From Cetorhinus maximus (Eukaryota): a DNA stretch of 64,000 bases. Location of the stretch: the NCBI RefSeq assembly GCF_964194155.1, contig NC_135891.1, positions 101,742,001-101,806,000 of the forward strand, written 5' to 3'. Under the pieces are notes generated by a model. The model did no database searches and was not told the DNA's origin. It saw nothing but the letters and a program-made list of their open reading frames with translations. The stretch's first letter is position 1. Every line of letters starts with the position of its first letter. A program made the translations under genes and the position numbers. Shown piece by piece: positions 48,684 to 60,175 of the stretch.

Positions 48684-49738
48684 AAAACACATCTTCCTTT
48701 CACCCCCCCGGCGGCATTCCGCAGGGATCGTTCCCTCCAGGACAACCTGGTCCACTCCTCCATCGCCCCCTATACCTCAACCCCCTCCCACAGCACCTTC
48801 CCATGCAACCGCAGAAGGTGAACGCCTGCCCCTTTACTTCCCCTCTCCTCATTGTCCAAGGGCCCAAACACTCCTTTCAAGTGAAGCAGCATTTCACTTG
48901 CACTTCCCTCAATTTAGTCTACTGCATTCGCTGCTCCCAATGCGGTTTCCTCTACATTGGAGAGACCAAACGCAGAAGTGTGACTGCTTTGCAGAACACC
49001 TTCGGTCTGTCCGCAAGAATTACCCAGACCTCCCTGTCGCTTGCCATTTCAACACTCCACCCTGCTCTCATGCCCACATGTCCGTCCTTGGACTGCTGCA
49101 TTGTTCCAGTGAAGCTCAACGCAAACTGGAGGAACAGCACCTTATCTTCCGACTAGGCACTTTACAGCCTTCCGGACTGAATATTGAGTTCAACAATTTT
49201 AGATCATGAACTCTCTCCTCCATCCCCACCCCCTTTCCGATTTTCCCCCTCCTTTTTGTTTTTTCCAATAATTTATATAGATTTTTCTTTTCCCACCTAC
49301 TTCCATTATTTTTAAGTGTATTTCTATCCATTGTTTTATCTCTACCTTTTAGCCTATTTCGATTCCTTCACCCCACCCCACCCCACCCCCACTAGGGTTA
49401 TCTGTACTTTGCTCGTTCTGCTTTCTAACCTTAATTAGCACATTCCTTAGATAATATCACCACCTTCAACACCTCTTTGTCCTTTTTGTCTGTGACATCT
49501 TGTGGTTATCTCCACCTATCACTGGCACTCTATCCAGCTCTTCTTGTCCCACGCCCCCTTAAACCAGCTTATATTTCACCTCTCTTCTATTTTTACTTAG
49601 TTCTGTTGAAGGGTCTTTCGGACTCAAAACGTTAACTGTGTTCCTCTTCGCAGATGCTGCCAGACCTGCTGAGTTTTTCCAGGTATTTTTGTTTTTGTTT
49701 TGGATTTCCAGCATCCACAGTTTTTTGCTTTTATGCTT
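48684..49738 (+). mobile_element. 5'-truncated Penelope-like element (GIY-YIG remnant, 3' UTR, hammerhead-bearing terminus), inserted in a MITE-like element spanning ~48100-49920
   Basis: NLVYCIRCSQCGFLYIGETKR (GIY-YIG) followed, after a frameshift, by FAEHLRSV...HFN...LNIEFNNF. 11-bp TSD GTATCTTCTCC (48673-48683 / 49739-49749). Hammerhead-like motif at 49599-49637. Confidence 0.9.
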
Positions 49739-50324
49739 GTATCTTCTCCCTGGCCTGTCAACTTCAATGGGACTTTAAACTGACCTGGTTTATGGCAGCT
49801 AAGGGAGCCCATCTTGAGTCCGAAGGCCGGGCAAGACAGGCATGGAAGAAAATCAGTGCAGATAATTGGGCATGGAGTGACAATCCAACGCTGATTGCCA
49901 CTCCAAGGAAGTTACGGCCCATTGTAACATTTCTAAGCAAATAAAGTATAATGCAAGATAGGCACAGCACAAAAATAATTTCACAATGCTCTTGTGTATT
50001 TGTGCATCAGGTAATTCAATTGGTTGAATTTTGGCCCGGCAATTTAAGGTCTCAGGGTTCACTGAGCCCTTTGTTTTTCCAATATGCATAAAGTGAGTGC
50101 CACATCTTATGCCTCAAAGAGGGGCAAGAGGAAGGGCAGAAAACTGCAGGAACTTTTTGCAGCATTTTTCACAATGTTATTGGACATATCTGGCAGCTGG
50201 CAATAGAAACAAAGGTCTGTACTGCCTCATACTGCCATCAGAAGACGCAATGAAACTCCCTCTCCCAGCACATATTTTACACTTTTATGACAAGACAGAA
50301 CCACCCAAAGTATTTCAAGCTTAC

Positions 50325-50396
50325 CTCATTGTTGTGAAGTGTTAAGCAAAGTTTACATTCATAAGAACCCAAGTGATTTTTCATAAAATAGGGATC
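50325..50396 (-). CDS. SF3A2: SF3A2 coding exon 2
   Basis: AG|DPYFMKNHLGSYECKLCLTLHNNE|GTAAGC, 72 nt. Confidence 0.97.
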
Positions 50397-50486
50397 CTAT
50401 AAAATTAGAAGAGAACAATTACAATGCAATACAGTGAAACATTACAAGGAATTTATTTACTCAAATTGCATGGATCAGAACTTAAC

Positions 50487-50612
50487 CTTATTTATGTCAA
50501 TGGTTTCCAAAGCTAACTGTCTCAAGCGTTCTCTTCGATCTCGATTGCTTTCAGAAGAGGAAGCAACCCCTCCACTCCCTGTTTTCCCTCCTGGTCGATG
50601 TTGAAAATCCAT
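50487..50612 (-). CDS. SF3A2: SF3A2 coding exon 1 (start codon); UTR part probably extends to the acceptor at ~50655
   Basis: MDFQHRPGGKTGSGGVASSSESNRDRRERLRQLALETIDINK|GTTAAG, 126 nt, matches the human N-terminus. Confidence 0.97.
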
Positions 50613-53554
50613 TATTATTTGATGGACTGTATCTTAATACAAAATCTGAAAGAATCTAAAAACAAAAATGCAGACATATTAGCCCAGAATGCTTTATTTT
50701 CTGCACAGAAGCTTATCATTTGTTTCACAAAATGGCATCTTTATGAGAAATGTTTGTAAACCATCGTGTAAATAATAATTCCATGATCTGGTGGTATCCT
50801 GACACGTGAGCGTTGCCCCGCAGTTGGAACGACAGATTGTGGGATTCCCTGCGTATTTTTTTTAAATACCAACTTACTACAGTCTCAAAAATTTCAATTT
50901 CAGTTTTTGAGGTTACTAACTTACTGAAATAACACTATCTTAAATCTGGTGTATATATTGTTGGGAGAATTCAGTTTCATGAACAAGCATAAAATATTCC
51001 TAGCATATATTTTATACTTACATATTTTGGTGACTATTAATGTGGGATAGACACTAATTTCCATTTTTGGGATCTGATTTTAAATCCAGCCCAGTGTAGC
51101 TATTGATGCCTCCCTGCTGACTATTAAAGTTCTGAGTGAAATGGGCTCGGTGATCTTCAACCAGTTCCTAGTGCTGAAGAAGCCTTTTGTGCAAGTTTGT
51201 TACAATTACTTCACTTTTAGCTTTTACTAATTTGACTGGTCAGTGCTGATGGTTGGATGCAGGTCCTAAAGCCCCAGTTTTAAGCTTTACATATGAACTT
51301 ACTTTTGCAGTGATCAGAAATCAAGATAGAAGTCAAAACTCCTACATGAAAGTACAAAGAGGCCAGCTTGGTCTGACTTAAAACCCAGCTTCCATGATAA
51401 CTGAATTGTAAAATTTGGCCTTTTCCAACATTGCATGAGAGTGTAAAGTGAAAGTTTGGTAACACTTACAAAACTCTCCACCAGCTCTAACTCAATCAGA
51501 ATTTAGGTACAGGTTAGTCATGATCTGTAACAGGCTGAATTAGCTACTCCAGTTGCGATGTAATGTCTCTTGATGCCCATTCAAACTAAAGCTAAATGCT
51601 CCTAATTCAACTGTCTAATTAAGCTCAGCTTTAAACTCCACATTTGGTCTTTCAACAATATTGCCTTCTTTCACATTGCCCAGTTACACCGTTACTTTAC
51701 ACCCAAGTGCTGAAACCTTCATTGATGTTTCAAGTCCCCATAAGATTTAATTCTCACAAGCTCTCAATCAGCTTCAGCTAATCCAGAAAGAGGTCTCAAG
51801 GCCTCTCTCACATTAAACGTCCTGCCGCCATCACTCCTTAACAAACTGAATTGGCTTGTTGTGTGCCAGCCACTCAGTTTCAAGATCCTTACCCTGGTCT
51901 TCTTTGCCTCATTTTAATCTGGAAAATCTTCTACAACGCTGCACTCCAACCCTTATCATCCATTTCTTTAAGCTGTACTGCTGCTTTCTCCCAACACCAT
52001 CTGCTCCACCAGAGGCCAACTGCTTAGCTTTCACGCTTCCTTCAAACTTTCTTACTTCTCTCCCTGCTTCCCAAAACCACTTAAAAGCCAACCTTTTAAA
52101 CCACACCACAAGTCTTCCATTGTCCATTTCTCCCCCTTGTAAACTTCTGAGATGGTCACTTATCTAATTCCTTAATGTAAGCAGAAGTTGGTGTTGAAGC
52201 AAATGAAACAGAATTGTGCTGTAATTCCAATCAGGATGACACAGGAAAAGGGATGGCACTTTGACATGAAATTGCCATTCTTTCCAATAGCTCCTTTCTT
52301 GATGATCACACATCAATCGAGGCATCATAAATCAATCAAGATATCACAAGTGCAACAAACTAGTAGGAAAATGTATTGTAATGCACAAAGTCTTTTTACC
52401 CACTTGAATTCTAGGAAATAGTGCGGAATAAAATATTAGCATAACTTGCATTAAATTTTTCAAAAATTTGGTAGATATTTCTCTGAAGCTTTATAAACCT
52501 CAACTGCTAGGTAACTATGGAGTTTACCATGACAGTGCATGGCCTAGCAGATGACACATTTTGACAGTTTGAGCCTCGTATTTATTTTTGACACCCGAGG
52601 ATTTGTGCGGCTTGTGAGGACAGAGGATCTTATTTGCATTAACTACTGGGTGCCTTTGGCTTATTTCTGTCTGTGCTGGTCCTTTCCTCTTTGGAAGTCA
52701 GTCATCAGGCCGCTTACCTTAATCTATACAACATCATCAGTCGCCCCTAAAACCTTCATCCTAACCTTTATCACCCCCAGGCCTAGCTGACCTCTCAAGC
52801 TTCATTTATCGGTTCAAACTGCCTTCTGATCATCTTAGCGTAGCATGTTATTAACCCCTCTATACAGCTTTTCTTCGAAAGTCTCATCTAAACCAACCTT
52901 GAGGCACACTTCAATGATCTTCCCTAATTATTCTACTAATGATGAGTATCTGTTTCTCCACTAGGACCATTACGGCGTTAAAGGCACTATAAAATTAGGA
53001 GTTATGTTTTGCAGGGAAGTAGGGAGTGTGAAAGAGTGGACTGTGTGTTACGTGTATTTAATGGAAGAGTCCCAGATTAACTGCTACTTCAGCTCTACTA
53101 GACGTCAAACATCAACCGGTCCAACTGTTTCTTGTCTCATAGATACTTGGTCAATTAAACTTACATTCAATTTGCCTCTTTAAAAAAATCCACAAGCACT
53201 TCACAGAGTAATAAAAATGGATATTAAGCATCAGTGGGGCAAAAGAAAGAACCTGCATTTATATAATACCTTTCAGATCCTCAGGAGATCTCAAAGCATT
53301 TCACAGTGAATTACGTATGAAGTGAAGTCCATTGATTTATTGGCAAACATGGCAGCCAATATTTATGCGGTAAGGTCCTATAAATAGCAAATAAAAGATA
53401 TCATGAATTATCTTAAGATTCAATGTTGGCCAGAGCACCAGGAAGGCTCTCTGTTCTTCAAAATAAAAATGTCACCACAGTAAATTAATTGCCAAATGGT
53501 CTGTTTAAAAAATTACTAATGACAATGATCTTTTACATCCACCTGAACCCTGAA

Positions 53555-54420
53555 TTTGACCCCGAGAAGAGCTTCTCACCACATATTCGCGCCATTACTA
53601 AGACTGCCCACTTCCACAACATTACCCAACTTGGCCCGCCTTAGCTCATCTGCTGCTGAAACCCTCATTCATGCCTTTGTTACTTCTAGACTTGCCTATT
53701 CCAGCACACTTCCAGCTTGTCACCCACATACTAACCCTGCAAACTTGAGGTCATCCAAAACTCTGCTGCCCATATTTTAACTTGGACCAAGTCACGCTCA
53801 CCTATCAACTCTGCACTTACTGACCATTGGCTCCCAGTCAAGCAATGCCTCAATTTTAAAATTCTCATCCTTGTTTTAAAATCCTTGCATGGCCTTGCCC
53901 ATCCCTATCTCCTCCAGTCCCACAACCCTCCAAGATATCTGTGTTCAATTTTTAATTTAATTTAATTTTGGCTTCTTGATCATCCCTGATTTTAACTGAT
54001 CTACCACTGGTGGCCAGGCCTTCAGTTGCCTAGACCCGAGACTTGGAAACTGCTCCCCTATACCTCTCTACCTCGCTTTCCACCTTTAAGACACCATTAA
54101 AACCCACCTTCTTGACCAAACATCTGACCTAATATTTCCTTACATGGATCAGTGTTATATTTTGTTTGATAATGTGTATGTGAAGTGCCTTGGGACATTT
54201 CATTATGGTAAAGGCGTGAAACATAAGCTCGAGTATAGCTGAAAGAAAGAGATGTTGTTGAAACTTTTCATCTTAGACACATCAGGAGAGACACAAGAAT
54301 GCCAAATATCAGTCCTGATGAATGTAACATGAAAAGCTTCAACAGCATGTCTCTTTTTTCAGCAATACTCAAGTTCTGTACTACAAGCGGCTATTTTAAA
54401 TGTAAGCTGTAGTTGTTGTT
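53555..54420 (+). mobile_element. L2 LINE 3' remnant, tail interrupted by an inverted-repeat insertion
   Basis: LSSSAAETLIHAFVTSRL motif; tail split around 54220-54390. Confidence 0.8.
54228..54373. mobile_element. Inverted pair of a second hammerhead-bearing PLE-like terminus
   Basis: 54228-54287 and 54313-54373 are diverged reverse complements. The right arm reads GTC-CTGATGA-ATG-TAA-CAT-GAAAAGCTTC-AAC. Confidence 0.6.
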
Positions 54421-54899
54421 GAACAGGTCCCAGTTTAGTGTTTCATCCGAAGGATGACATCTCTGACAACATTCTCTCAATAATATGCTTAAATATTGAC
54501 GTAGATTGTTTGCTCAGGTATCGGAATGGGGCTTAAATTCACAACCTTCTTACTTAGAGATAAGTGTTACCACTAACCCAAACTGATACCATAGGAGAGG
54601 GCGCCAAATACTCAACTGAGCCAAGCAGCAAACCAAGGTTGCTTGTGGTGGAGCCTTACTGAGCAATTGAAGAGGGAGATGGAGCCAGTGGTAAGGGTAT
54701 ATAAGGTTTTTAGCAAAGGCTCAAAACATGAGCTAAAGTCATTCCAAAGGAAATTCTGGTTCATCCACATCAGATAAACAGAGATAGTACAGAATCATGG
54801 AAATGGCAGGAAAGCAAGTGCTGGGCATTGTTTGCATAATTATGTAGACTGTACCAATATGCATGGCTAATGTTGCCCATCAGCAATGTGTATATATTT

Positions 54900-55915
54900 T
54901 AAAAATTCATTCATGGGATGTGGGCATCGCTGGCAAGGCCAGCATTTATTGCCCATTCCTAGTTGCCCTTGAGGTGGTGGTGAACTGCCTTCTTGAACCA
55001 CTGTAGTCTATGTGGTGTAGGTACACCCACAGTGCTGTTAGGGAGTTCCAGGATTTTGACCCAGCGACAGTGAAGGAACGGCAACATATTTCCAAGTCAG
55101 GATGGTGAGTGACTTGGCAGGGAAATTCCAGGTAGTGGTGTTCCCATCTATCTGCTGCCCTTGTCCTTCTAGGTGGTAGTGGTCATGGGTTTGGAAGGTG
55201 CTGTCGAATGAACCTTGGTGAATTCCTGCAGCGCATCTTGTAGATGGTACACACTGCTGCTAATGTGCATCGGTGGTGGAGGGAGTGAATGTTTGTGGAT
55301 GTGATGCCAATCAAGTGGGCTGTTTTGTCCTGGACGGTGTCCAGCTTCTTGAGTGCTGTGGGAGCTGCACTCATCCAGGCAAGAGGGGAGTATTCCATCA
55401 CATTCCTGACTTGTGCCTTGTAGACGGTGGTCAGGCTTTGGAAGTCAGGTGGTGAGTTACTCATTGCATGATTCCTAGCCTCTGACTTGCTCTGTAGCCA
55501 CAGTATTTATATGGCTAGTCCAGTTCAGTTTCTGGTTAATGGTAACCCCCAGGATGTTGATACAGGGAGATTCAGTGATAGTAATGCCATTGAACATCAA
55601 GGGGCAATGGTTGAATTCTCTCTTGTTGGAGATGGTCATTGCCTGACACTTAGATAAAAGCAAAATACTGCGGATGCTGGAAATCTGAAACAAAACCAGA
55701 AAATGCTGGAAAAAACTCAGCAGGTCTAACAACATCTGTGGAGAGAAAAAACAGAGTTAACGTTTCGAGTCCGTATGACTCTTCATCTGAAGAATCATAC
55801 AGACTCGAAATGTTAACTCTGTTTTTCTCTCCACGGATGTTGTTAGACCTGCTGAGTTTTTCCAGCATTTTCAATTTTTGTTATTGCCTGACACTTGTGT
55901 GGCGCAAATGTTGCT
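54900..55915 (-). mobile_element. 3' part of the 24290-27100 LINE family, interrupted at 55651-55882
   Basis: YKAQVRNVMEYSPLAWMSAAPTALKKLDTVQDK; NILGVTINQKLNWTSHINTVA; tail at 54900. Confidence 0.85.
55651..55882. mobile_element. Head-to-head inverted dimer of the PLE terminus
   Basis: Arms 55651-55786 (minus) and 55786-55882 (plus) form a long palindrome. TSD ATTGCCTGACACT (55638-55650 / 55883-55895). Confidence 0.9.
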
Positions 55916-56593
55916 AAGAAAATAGGGTAAAAGGTTGAACTTGGGAGAACACACAAGGTATAGAAAAAGAAAAACAATTGCTGTGGATGCAGTGGATATT
56001 ATTCTGGGGAAGGGCATTCTCATGGAGCTGGAAAATAGAACAGAGACAATCTTGAAGGGTGATGTGATCAATCGCATGAAATGCAATAAGAGCTGAAGCA
56101 GCATTCATAGCCACAAATACAGGAGTTTGTCTCTCCAGACAAGTTATGTTTGGAAGTACAAATATATATATATTTTAAATTTTAGAAAAGCACCCCGGCT
56201 CTTTACACCATTCATATAAAGATGGAGTATAAATATTTCCCACCCGTTTTACATTGAACGCTGGAGCGTGAACATACAGCCCATGGAGCCTGCTTCATCA
56301 TTTAGTACAAACCGGACTGATCTTCTACCTTAACTCCACTTTCCCACCCATTCTCCATAATCCCTTGATTCCACGAGAGACCCAAAATCGATCGTTCTCA
56401 GCCTTGAAAATACTCAATAATACATCATATCTGCAACAGCAGAAAATCTCAAGGATTCGCAATCCTTTCGAGTGAGGAAAGCTCTTCCTCATCCCAAGTG
56501 TTAAACGATCGACCCCCTTTAGCCTGAGACTGAGCCCCCGGTATCAGCCCAGCCAGGCACTTTACTCCTTAAACTCCCTCTCAGCAAAGCTGC

Positions 56594-56688
56594 TCTGAAG
56601 GAGTCATACGGATTTGAAGCGTTAACTCTCTCTCTCTACACAGATGCTGTCAGACCTGCTGAGTTTTTCCAGCATTTTCTGTTTCTGT
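56594..56688 (+). mobile_element. Short PLE-terminus insertion
   Basis: 19-bp TSD TCCCTCTCA(G/C)CAAAGCTGC (56575-56593 / 56689-56707). Starts TCTGAAG-GAGTC-ATACG-GATTT-GAAGCGTTAAC. Confidence 0.85.
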
Positions 56689-56945
56689 TCCCTCTCACCA
56701 AAGCTGCCCCAATTGCTGCAACTTTACAATAAGCAAATGCAGGGAGAATATCTTTTTTTAAAAAAAAAATGCAGCCAAGGCCATAAACGCCCGGGATCAC
56801 CGGCCTCAGGCAGCGGCCGGGTTAGCAACCAGGATAGGCCTAGGCCTAGGCCTAGGCCGGGCCCACACTCCCATCCCCAACACCAATCACACCCCACCCC
56901 CGACCCTGACCCTGACCCACCAATCTCCGGCCACAGAGCCGTTAC

Positions 56946-57030
56946 CACCGGGAGCCGAGCCGAGCCGCCCGCTCCAATCCCTGGGACCCGAGACCCAAAA
57001 CCGTCTCCAAACGCCGCGCGGCCTCTCAAA
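56946..57030 (-). other. SF3A2: Candidate non-coding first exon of SF3A2
   Basis: Possible donor GTG|GTAAC at 56946/56945 just downstream of the ETS sites. The ATG exon is preceded by a splice acceptor, so an upstream exon is needed. Boundaries inferred. Confidence 0.35.
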
Positions 57031-57577
57031 CCGGAAGCGGGTCGGCGCGCCGGAAGTGGGTTCTTTTCAATAACTTTATTAACAGCGGCCACCGGCGGAC
57101 AGTGAGGGTGAAAGCTGGGGGGGGGGCGCGGACAATGGAAACCGGAAGCGGGTTGGGTCGGCGTGTGCCGCGCCGGAAGTGAGGCTTGTGAAGGCCCGAG
57201 GGAGGTGACCGTTCGTGTGAAGCCCGTTCTCTCCTGTCACCCGATGGTTACGGAGCGGGAGTTAGCAGCTTATCGCCATTATCTGCTGTTCCCTTTGTGG
57301 GTGGCGTATAAACCTCGGTCCTTCGGGTGTTTCCGGCCTTTTCCCGTATTCATTGACCTTTCAATGTGCTGCGCGGGTCGGACTTTGTTTCGCTTTTACG
57401 TTAGAGACCAGCAGCACTTCCAAGGCCTTTACTTCCAGAAATAATATTGGTCGGACCGGGCAGCTTGCCCAGGGTGGAGTCTGTGGCCGGAGGGGAAGAG
57501 CTGCTCCAGCCCTTGGGGTGGGGTGGGAAGGTTGGGTTGTGATCGAGGAGAGGCTGCGGGCTCTTTAACCGGCTGCT

Positions 57578-57671
57578 ATGAGATACAATGAGAAGGAGCT
57601 GCTGTGTCTCTCCAAGCAACCGGCCGAGAAAGCGGCCGAGCTCATCATGAGGGGCCCGAAACGCAACGACG
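57578..57671 (+). CDS. PLEKHJ1: Pleckstrin homology domain-containing J1, coding exon 1
   Basis: MRYNEKELLCLSKQPAEKAAELIMRGPKRND+G|GTAAGG versus human MRYNEKELQALSRQPAEMAAELGMRGPKKGS. Head-to-head with SF3A2 as in mammals. No further exon found in the window. Confidence 0.93.
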
Positions 57672-58484
57672 GTAAGGCTTGCAATCCATACCCCCTCCCC
57701 CTTCCCCGCTCCCCCCAGCTCCTCAAGAGGGGGTGTTAAAGGGATTCCAGCTGGTGAAAGGGAGGGGAGAAACACCCCTGGGTCTTGTATTGTAACCAGT
57801 CCCTCTTGATGTGTGACCCCCATGGTGACAGCTAGTGAGTGTAATGTGCAAGAGTTGACTCAAGCCATCTCACTTCTTCAGTCCAGTTATAATTCGCTGT
57901 TACCCTCTTTACCCACGTACCCAGCTGCCTGTTCCAATTGTAAAAAGACATTCGCTGCGGATGCTGCAGCCGGAAAATAGTGGCCCATACACAGCCACTC
58001 GTATTGAGATAGCTTTTAATGTAGCCAATACACAACCCCCACCCGCTCCTGCCAAGAAGGAAAAGCAGATGCCGAACCAAGGGTGGAGTTATCGTGAGGA
58101 AGTGACCAAAAGCTTGGGGGAAGAAGTGGGTTTTAAGCAGAGCTATAAGGGAGCCGAGGATGTTGGAGAAAGAGGATTTAGGGTTGGAGTTTGAGTGTGA
58201 AGCCTAGTCGCTGAAAACAAGCCCATCAATAATTAGGGACAAAAGTCAGAGATGCACAAGAGCCTGGAAAGAGAAAAACAAGAGTTTTAGGGATGGGGGC
58301 AGTAGGAATTAGACTGTAGAAGTATTCGAAACAAGAGGTATTTGAAAACCAGAATTTTAACGTTGTGTTGGGGTCTGGGAGATAATGGTGGGTTGGCATG
58401 AACGGGTGATAGTTGAACTGGACTTGGTATAGGATTGGATTCAACAAAGGGTTTTAGATGAGCTGAACTTTACGTAAGGTGAAA

Positions 58485-59537
58485 GCGCATGGGATTGGGT
58501 GTAGTGTATTGAGATGGATAGAAAACTGGTTGGCAGACAGGAAACAAGGAGTAGGAATAAACGGGCCTTTTTCTGAATGGCAGGCAGTGACTATGGGGTA
58601 CCGCAGGGATTGGTGCTGGGACCACAGTTCACAATATATATATTAATGATTTAGATGAGGGAATTAAATGTAATATCTCCAAATTTGCAGATGACACAAA
58701 GGTGGGAGGGTGAGCTGTGAGGAGGATGCAGAGATGCTTCAGTGTGATTTGGACAAGCTGAGTGAGTGGGCAAATGCATGGCAGATGCAGTATATTGTGG
58801 ATGAATGTGAGGTTATCCATTTTGGTAGCAAAAACAGGAAGGCAGATTATTATCTAAATGGCTATAAATTGAGAGAGGGGAATGTGCAACGCGATCTGGG
58901 TGTCCTCGTAAACCAGTTGCTGAAGGTAAGCATGCAGGTTCAGCAGATGATAAAAAAGGCAAATGACATGTTGGCCTTTATAGCCAGAGGATTCGAGTAC
59001 AGGAACAGGGATGTCTTGCTGCAATTATACAGGGCCTTGGTGAGACCACACCTGGAATATTGTGTGCAGTTTTGGTCTCAGCTGAGGAAGGATGTACTTG
59101 CTATAGAGGGAGTGCAGCAAAGGTTTACCAGACTGATTCCTGGGATGGCGGGACTGACATATGAGGGGAGATTGAATCGATTAGGATTGTATTTGCTGGA
59201 GTTCAGAAGAATGAGGGGGATCTCATAGAAACCTATAAAATTCTAACAGGATAGACAGGGTAGATGCAGGAAGGATGTTCCCGATGGTGGGGGAGTCCAG
59301 AACCAGGGGTCACAGTCAGGATATGGGGTAGACCATTTAGGACTGAGATGAGGAGAAATTTCTTCACCCAGAGAGTGGTAAGCCTGTGGAATTCGTTACC
59401 ACAGAAAGTAGTTGAGATCAAAACATTGTATGTTTTCAAGAAGGAGTTATATCTTGCTCTTGGGGTGAAAGCGGGAGCAGGCTATTGAGTTGGATGATCA
59501 GCCGTGATAACGAATGGCGGAGCAGGCTTGAAGGGCC
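58485..59537 (+). mobile_element. CR1 LINE 3' RT portion, inserted in a minus-strand L2 remnant (~57990-59770)
   Basis: GVPQG.VLGP, SKFADDTK, LYRALVRPHLEYCVQFWS, RNFFTQRVVSLWNSLP. Confidence 0.9.
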
Positions 59538-59806
59538 TTGTATGTAACTGGCCAGGAGGTCATTTAGCAGGAAATCAGGAGGTGACAAGCAGGAATGAGG
59601 GTCTCAATGGCAGATGGGCCAAGGTACAAGTGGAAGCAGGTGTTATTATAGAGGTGGAATTAGGCGGCGTTTATATTGGTGAGAGTGTGAATGGAAACTC
59701 TGTATGGGGTTGAACAAAAAGCTGAGGCCGGTAGTTACCTGGCCCAATCTGAGAGACAAGCCAGGGAGAGGGCCAACAGGTCTATCATCATCTGTAAAGG
59801 GAAAAA

Positions 59807-60175
59807 TAAACAGAAAATACTGGCTATACTTAGAATGTCAGGCAACATCTGTGGAGAGAGAAACAGTTAGTGTTTCGAGTCTGTGATCTTTTGCCAGAAG
59901 TGGGAAATGTTGTAGATGTAACAGGTTTTAAGCAAGTACAGAGTCAGAGAAAGGGGATGAGTTGGAAATTTCTTTCTTCTGCACCCTACCCCACCTCCGT
60001 TCCCTACCTCTACTTAAAACCTCTCTCATCTGTAACATTTTTCAGTTCTCTTGAAAGACCTCTTGCCTGAAACATTAGCTGTTTCCCTCTTCACAGCTGT
60101 TGCTTGATCTGCTTGAACATCTCAGCATTTTCTGTTTATATTTCAGATTTTCAGCATCTGCAGTATTTTGCTTTT
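59807..60175. mobile_element. Older inverted PLE-terminus dimer with spacer
   Basis: Minus arm ~59807-59900, plus arm ~60043-60175. 14-bp TSD TGTAAAGGGAAAAA (59793-59806 / 60176-60189). Confidence 0.75.

Larger units (their letters stand above)
56770..57700. promoter_or_regulatory. CpG island / bidirectional promoter of SF3A2 and PLEKHJ1 with four ETS (CCGGAAG) sites
   Basis: High CpG density versus CpG-poor flanks. CCGGAAG at 57031, 57050, 57142 and 57173. Genes diverge from it. Confidence 0.85.
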
